Assembly: GCA_013239625.1 (NCBI GenBank) | Contig: MU053933.1 | Span: 2,069,026 to 2,133,025 of the forward strand | DNA: 64,000 bases | Source: Lama guanicoe | Lineage: Eukaryota | Direction of reading: 5' to 3' | Shown here: piece by piece, positions 31,720 through 64,000 of the stretch | Numbering within the stretch: position 1 is the stretch's first letter | Layout: every line of letters begins with the position of its first letter | Translations under genes and position numbers: made by a program | The notes under the pieces: generated by a model | Databases searched by the model: none | Seen by the model: the letters and a program-made list of their open reading frames with translations, nothing else | Told to the model about the DNA's origin: nothing

Positions 31720-32420
31720 CTGACACAACCCCTGCCCAGCTCCGGCCCTTCCCGCGGAGAATCGCTGCACGGGGCAGGCGCTCGCCGTAGCCCCCTGGGA
31801 GGAGGTATCCCCGGGGAGGCGGACCCGCAGCTCGCGGCGGGAGGTGGGGGCGCTCGGGAGGTCGGCCCGCGCCGGCTTCGGTGAGAGTGTCTGGCTCCAG
31901 CCGCGGGCGCGGGACGCGGCGGGCTGCGCTCCCCGGAGCCGTGACGCAGAGCGCATTGCGGGGCGCCGTCGGCCCGAGATGAGGGCGGCCCCGCGGGGCC
32001 AGGGCGACCGTCCTGCGCAGCGGCGCGGGTGACGCGCGGGCGCGGGCCCCTCGCGGAGCAGGTAGCGCGCCGGGGATGGAGGACGTGCGGCGACGAGGCG
32101 GCGGGCGGCGCTGGAGCGGGGGGTGCGCCGGAGGGCAGGGCTGCGGGTGGGGCAGGCAGAAGCAGAGCGCAGGCTGGGGGGCGGGAGCTGGGGCGCGGCT
32201 GGGGCTCCGGGGCGAGTGCGGGCTCGCGGGTCTGGGTGAGCCGGGACGCAGAGGGGTGGGCGCGGGCTCGGGTGCCGGGTGCGGGGGTGCAGCCGGTCTG
32301 TGGTGGCGCGGAGCGCAGGGACTCTCGCAGCAGGGTGCGGGCATCCGCCGGGCTGTGCCGCGGGGGCGCAGGCGCTGCGACAGGGCTGGGTGCGGTCTGA
32401 CCAGAGCGCATAGCCCGGTC
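31720..32420 (+). promoter_or_regulatory. CpG island 3.3-4 kb upstream of the TRPM2 ATG; probable upstream promoter
   Basis: Very CpG-dense; half-CRE TGACG at about 31942 and 32030; candidate donor CAG|GTAGCG at 32061/32062. Confidence 0.75.
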
Positions 32421-33479
32421 GTGGGGAGCTCAGGGACTTGGCCTTTCAGGCTCTTGCTCTGAACTCCACCTACCCCCCAAGACCTCATGGCCCACTTCTG
32501 TGGCTGCTACTTCCTTCTCCCCTCACCCGCATGTGGCTATTTATAGTCTGGAAAATGCTTTCACAGCCAAGATTTCAGAGGATGCTGGAGCCAGAGCAGC
32601 TACAGGGTTTAGAGAAGTAGAGAGAGGGGTGCACACCCAGCCGCAGCCAGTGTGCCCAGGCCAGCCCCCCACACACAGTCCAGTGTGCCTGGCCAGCTGG
32701 GGCTTCTATCTCCTGGTAAGTCTTCTGGGCTGGGGTGGGCAGGGTACCAGGAGTAGCCCTGTCTTCCTGAGCCCCTCTGGTCCTGATTTGGCGGTCACCC
32801 GTTGCTCCTGCTCATGCCCCTCACTCTTTAGCAGCACCATCACGGGCCCCTCGAGGATCCTGCTAGGTGACGTCTGTAGGTGTGTGTGTGGTGTGACTTG
32901 TGTATTCAGGCCTATGTTGTAGATCCACCCCCTCACCCCCAGAAGTCATTTACTTTTAGAGTTTTCTCAACACACCCATACTAACTGCTTGTGGAAAATT
33001 TCAGCTGTGAAACGGGGACAAATCTGCTTCTCGATGATTTGTGAAGAGAGCAACTGATGATACGATTTAGGGGAGAAGAACCCTAGGAAAGGTTGGATGG
33101 GGGACTCTGTCAGCTCATGGTCAGCCCTGGGTTTCTGGACTGTCCCAGGGCCTAGACTGTTGGACAGGGGGACATGGGTGGGGAGGGTTGGGGAGCTGAG
33201 CCCAAGATGGGAGGGGTGCATGGTAGCTGCGACCCCTCCTTTGAAATCATTCTGTCCCACAAGCCCTCCCGGGGCAGGGCAGCCCCTGATCTCCGAAATG
33301 CCTCAGGCTCAGTCTTCTATTGTGTGGACATGGGTCCCGGCTTCTGTTGAGATGACCGATTCGTTCCCCCAGCTGGATGAAGGGCTCCCAGCTTCCTGAG
33401 ATGACCAGCCACCCCTGCATCGTTAGCAAGTACGGCCGCTCCCTCCATCCTCTCTCCTGCACGAGCTTTCTCACCACTT

Positions 33480-33800
33480 TCAGTGTCGATAGGCCGCCCA
33501 GATCTCTAAATTCTGCATCCTTTTTGATGAACAGTTCCGTCTTTAAGTCCTTTCTCTCTCCCTGCATTGCACTGGGAGCTTTCAGGAGAAGCCAGTCTGT
33601 ATGTGCATCTTTGGCTAGCTGTTTCCTCAACCAGATTCCACTTTTGTCATTTACAAGTTCTATCTTCCACAAAACACCAGTATGCGGAACCATTTGGCCA
33701 TGCTCTTTGCCCCTTTATAACACGACTGTTTTTCCTCCAGTTTCCAATCACACTGTCCTCCTTTCCATCTGAGATTTCAGCAGAATGGCCTTTAGTCACG
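33480..33800 (-). mobile_element. MaLR internal (MLT1-int) fragment
   Basis: - strand attggaaactggaggaaaa...tggaagatagaacttgtaaatga...ggaactgttcatcaaaaaggatgcagaatttagagat; ORF 33247-33693 (LWKIELVNDK...WLLLKA) resembles the MaLR internal ORF. Confidence 0.7.
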
Positions 33801-34320
33801 TTTCTACCAGCACCCTGCTGGTGACCACTGAGCTCTTCTCTCAGGAGACTCCTGTCTGTCCGCGGTCGGGGAGGCTTTTTCCAGGGCCCCTGCCCGCCGG
33901 ACTCCTCCGGCTCTGCCTCGTGCTCAGCTCCAGAGCTGCCCCCGCTTCTGCGGGTGTTTGTGGCTGCAGCACCCGTCCTGCTGCCAGCGCCCTGTGTTAT
34001 CCTGGTGCTTCATGTGAGGGAGGTTTAGCTCCCTTCCTCTGAGCTGTTGTGGGCATCTGGGGGGACCCTGGCACAGGGGCAAGCGGGAAGGGAGGAGCCC
34101 AGGGGGAGGAGCGAGGGCACAGAGGAGGGGTGGCCTGAGCCCTGAGTGCCAGCGACCAGGTGACTCTACCCCAAGGCCCAGCACTGAGCTGAGTGGCCCC
34201 GAAGAGTGTGGGCCAGGTGGGCCCGGTGGGCCCGGTGAGAGCTGGGTAGGCGCCTCCCTTCCCGACGAGTCCCTGCATCCCCCTGGTGCGCGGTGACCAC
34301 GCATTGAAGCTGGACGATGC

Positions 34321-34850
34321 TGTGGGGGCGGGGGTGGGGAACTTGCCCCTCCAGCCCTCTTGGGTTCTGGTGGCTGGACTAATCGTAAAATTGACACAAG
34401 ACAGGTTAACAGGAGAAAAAGAAAACGGAATTTGAATTTGTGTGCCTGGAGGTCCCACAGAGGTGAATCCTAAAGTGTGGCCAAAGGAGCAGCTTTTATA
34501 CTTTTTAGACAAGGAAACAGCAACTGACTGGACAAAGAGCCTCGGGTTTTGCGTGCCTGATGACTGAAGAATCTAAACAGTCTGGGCTCGGGGCCGCCAA
34601 GGAAAGGTGTCCCGGGGGCGGTTTACCCAGGCTTCTCGGCCTGAATCCCCGTCTCTGGCGACAGGGTGTCCTTCTATGTCCAGAGGCGGGGGGACCTGAC
34701 ACATGGTGGGTTCGTTTCCTGCTTTTAGGGAGACAGAGAGGAGGGGCAGGGGGTCCCTCTTGTGTCGGCCGTTTCTGAAGTAATTTTAATTTAAAATAAT
34801 CAATATGCCTTTGAGTCACGTTTTGGGGCCAGCTACGCTGGGCCCCAACA
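34321..34850 (-). mobile_element. ERV1 solo LTR (MER34/MER39/LTR39-like)
   Basis: TG...CA ends; aaattgacacaagacaggttaacaggagaaaaag and aatttaaaataatcaatatgcc...ttttgggg are remembered family motifs. Confidence 0.7.
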
Positions 34851-35727
34851 GCGGGCAGAGAAAAGACTGTCCGTCTGTCACTGTCACGTGTGGGAAGAGG
34901 ATGTGGCCAGAAAGGGCTCCAGGGTGGGGGTGGGGGAGACCTTGTGATCTGCTCTCGGGCCAGGCGGCCCCGTTCACACCCTTGGAGCAGGGGTTGGGGG
35001 GCTGCCTCCCTGGATGGCACCTTTGGTGACATGGGGTGACATCAAGGGCGACGTCACGGGATGTCACCCATGGGCACCTATGGCTCCAGGGAAGGCCTGT
35101 GGGGTTTACACGTGCTTATCTTCTCCCATTTGTAAACTGCTGCTTCCCGGGGCCCCGGTGATGGAGAGCAGGTCAGTGCCAGAGGGAGGGGCTGGAGAAA
35201 CGGAGACCTGTTGTGTTTCGAGGGCCTGTGTCTCAGAGCAGAGAGCCATGCCCCTCCCCATCTTTTTTGGAAAACAAAATAAGTGGATGAATGTCTGGAC
35301 ACATGAGGCTTGGACCCCAGAATGTGCACCATGTGTGACGACTGGGCAGTCCCCCCCGACCCCGATCCCCTGCCCCATCCTCGGGCTCGTGGGCGTTGCC
35401 AGGCATCTGGGAGTGGTGGGGTGGGGCTGGCGCTCTTTCTCTGGTGCATCACAGTGACTTGCCTTGTCCTGTTATGAATGGCTCCTGGGCGCCTGGGATG
35501 TGCCAGTGCCTCGACTGCCCAGTGCCCGATGGGGACCGAGCTCAGGCAGTCAGGAAATTGTGCAGATGGACACGTGGACGGGCTACCCATGAGGGAACAC
35601 GTGCCTCATCCCCCCAGCCCCTTGCAGTGGTCCCCGTGGCCTGCCTCCAGACCTCTCGGCCTCGAAAGCTGGAGAAAAGCCCGTCCTGAGGGAGCAGGAG
35701 CTGTGGAGCTGGAGCGGGGCCGTTGGC

Positions 35728-64000
<28,273 letters not shown>

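Noticed and set aside
33247-33693. 148-aa ORF with protein-like composition
   Set aside because: Explained as a decayed MaLR internal ORF fragment; it lacks an ATG start and there is no sign of domestication.

Overview
GC-rich mammalian DNA, not prokaryotic. Five copies of a tRNA-derived SINE with a camelid-type head (GGAGGTACTGGGGATTGAACCCAGGACC on the antisense read) point to a camelid (camel, alpaca or llama). The window holds the conserved PFKL-CFAP410-TRPM2 block (human 21q22.3 synteny). PFKL is on +, last 14 coding exons (9-22), 162-10505, poly(A) signal at 10881. CFAP410/C21orf2 is complete on -, 7 coding exons, 25383-16885, 255 or 256 aa. TRPM2 is on +, coding exons 1-19, from the ATG at 35728 to the window edge. 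All exons were read by eye with GT-AG borders and consistent phases. The 10 kb between the divergent CFAP410 and TRPM2 starts contains two CpG islands and a dense stack of ERV/LTR and DNA-transposon relics, and TRPM2 intron 11 carries an LTR-internal-LTR MaLR. There is a 120-N gap at 8376-8495. I found no convincing new gene or multi-gene system; nearly all supplied ORFs are GC-rich noise. The best leads are lineage-specific changes in known genes: a 7-aa deletion in the TRPM2 delta-N segment, no tandem TAG acceptor for TRPM2-S, substitutions next to PFKL filament residue N702, an in-frame stop-free TRPM2 intron, and a well-preserved solo LTR pointing at CFAP410. Comparisons with human or mouse proteins and repeat family names are from memory and need alignment or RepeatMasker confirmation.
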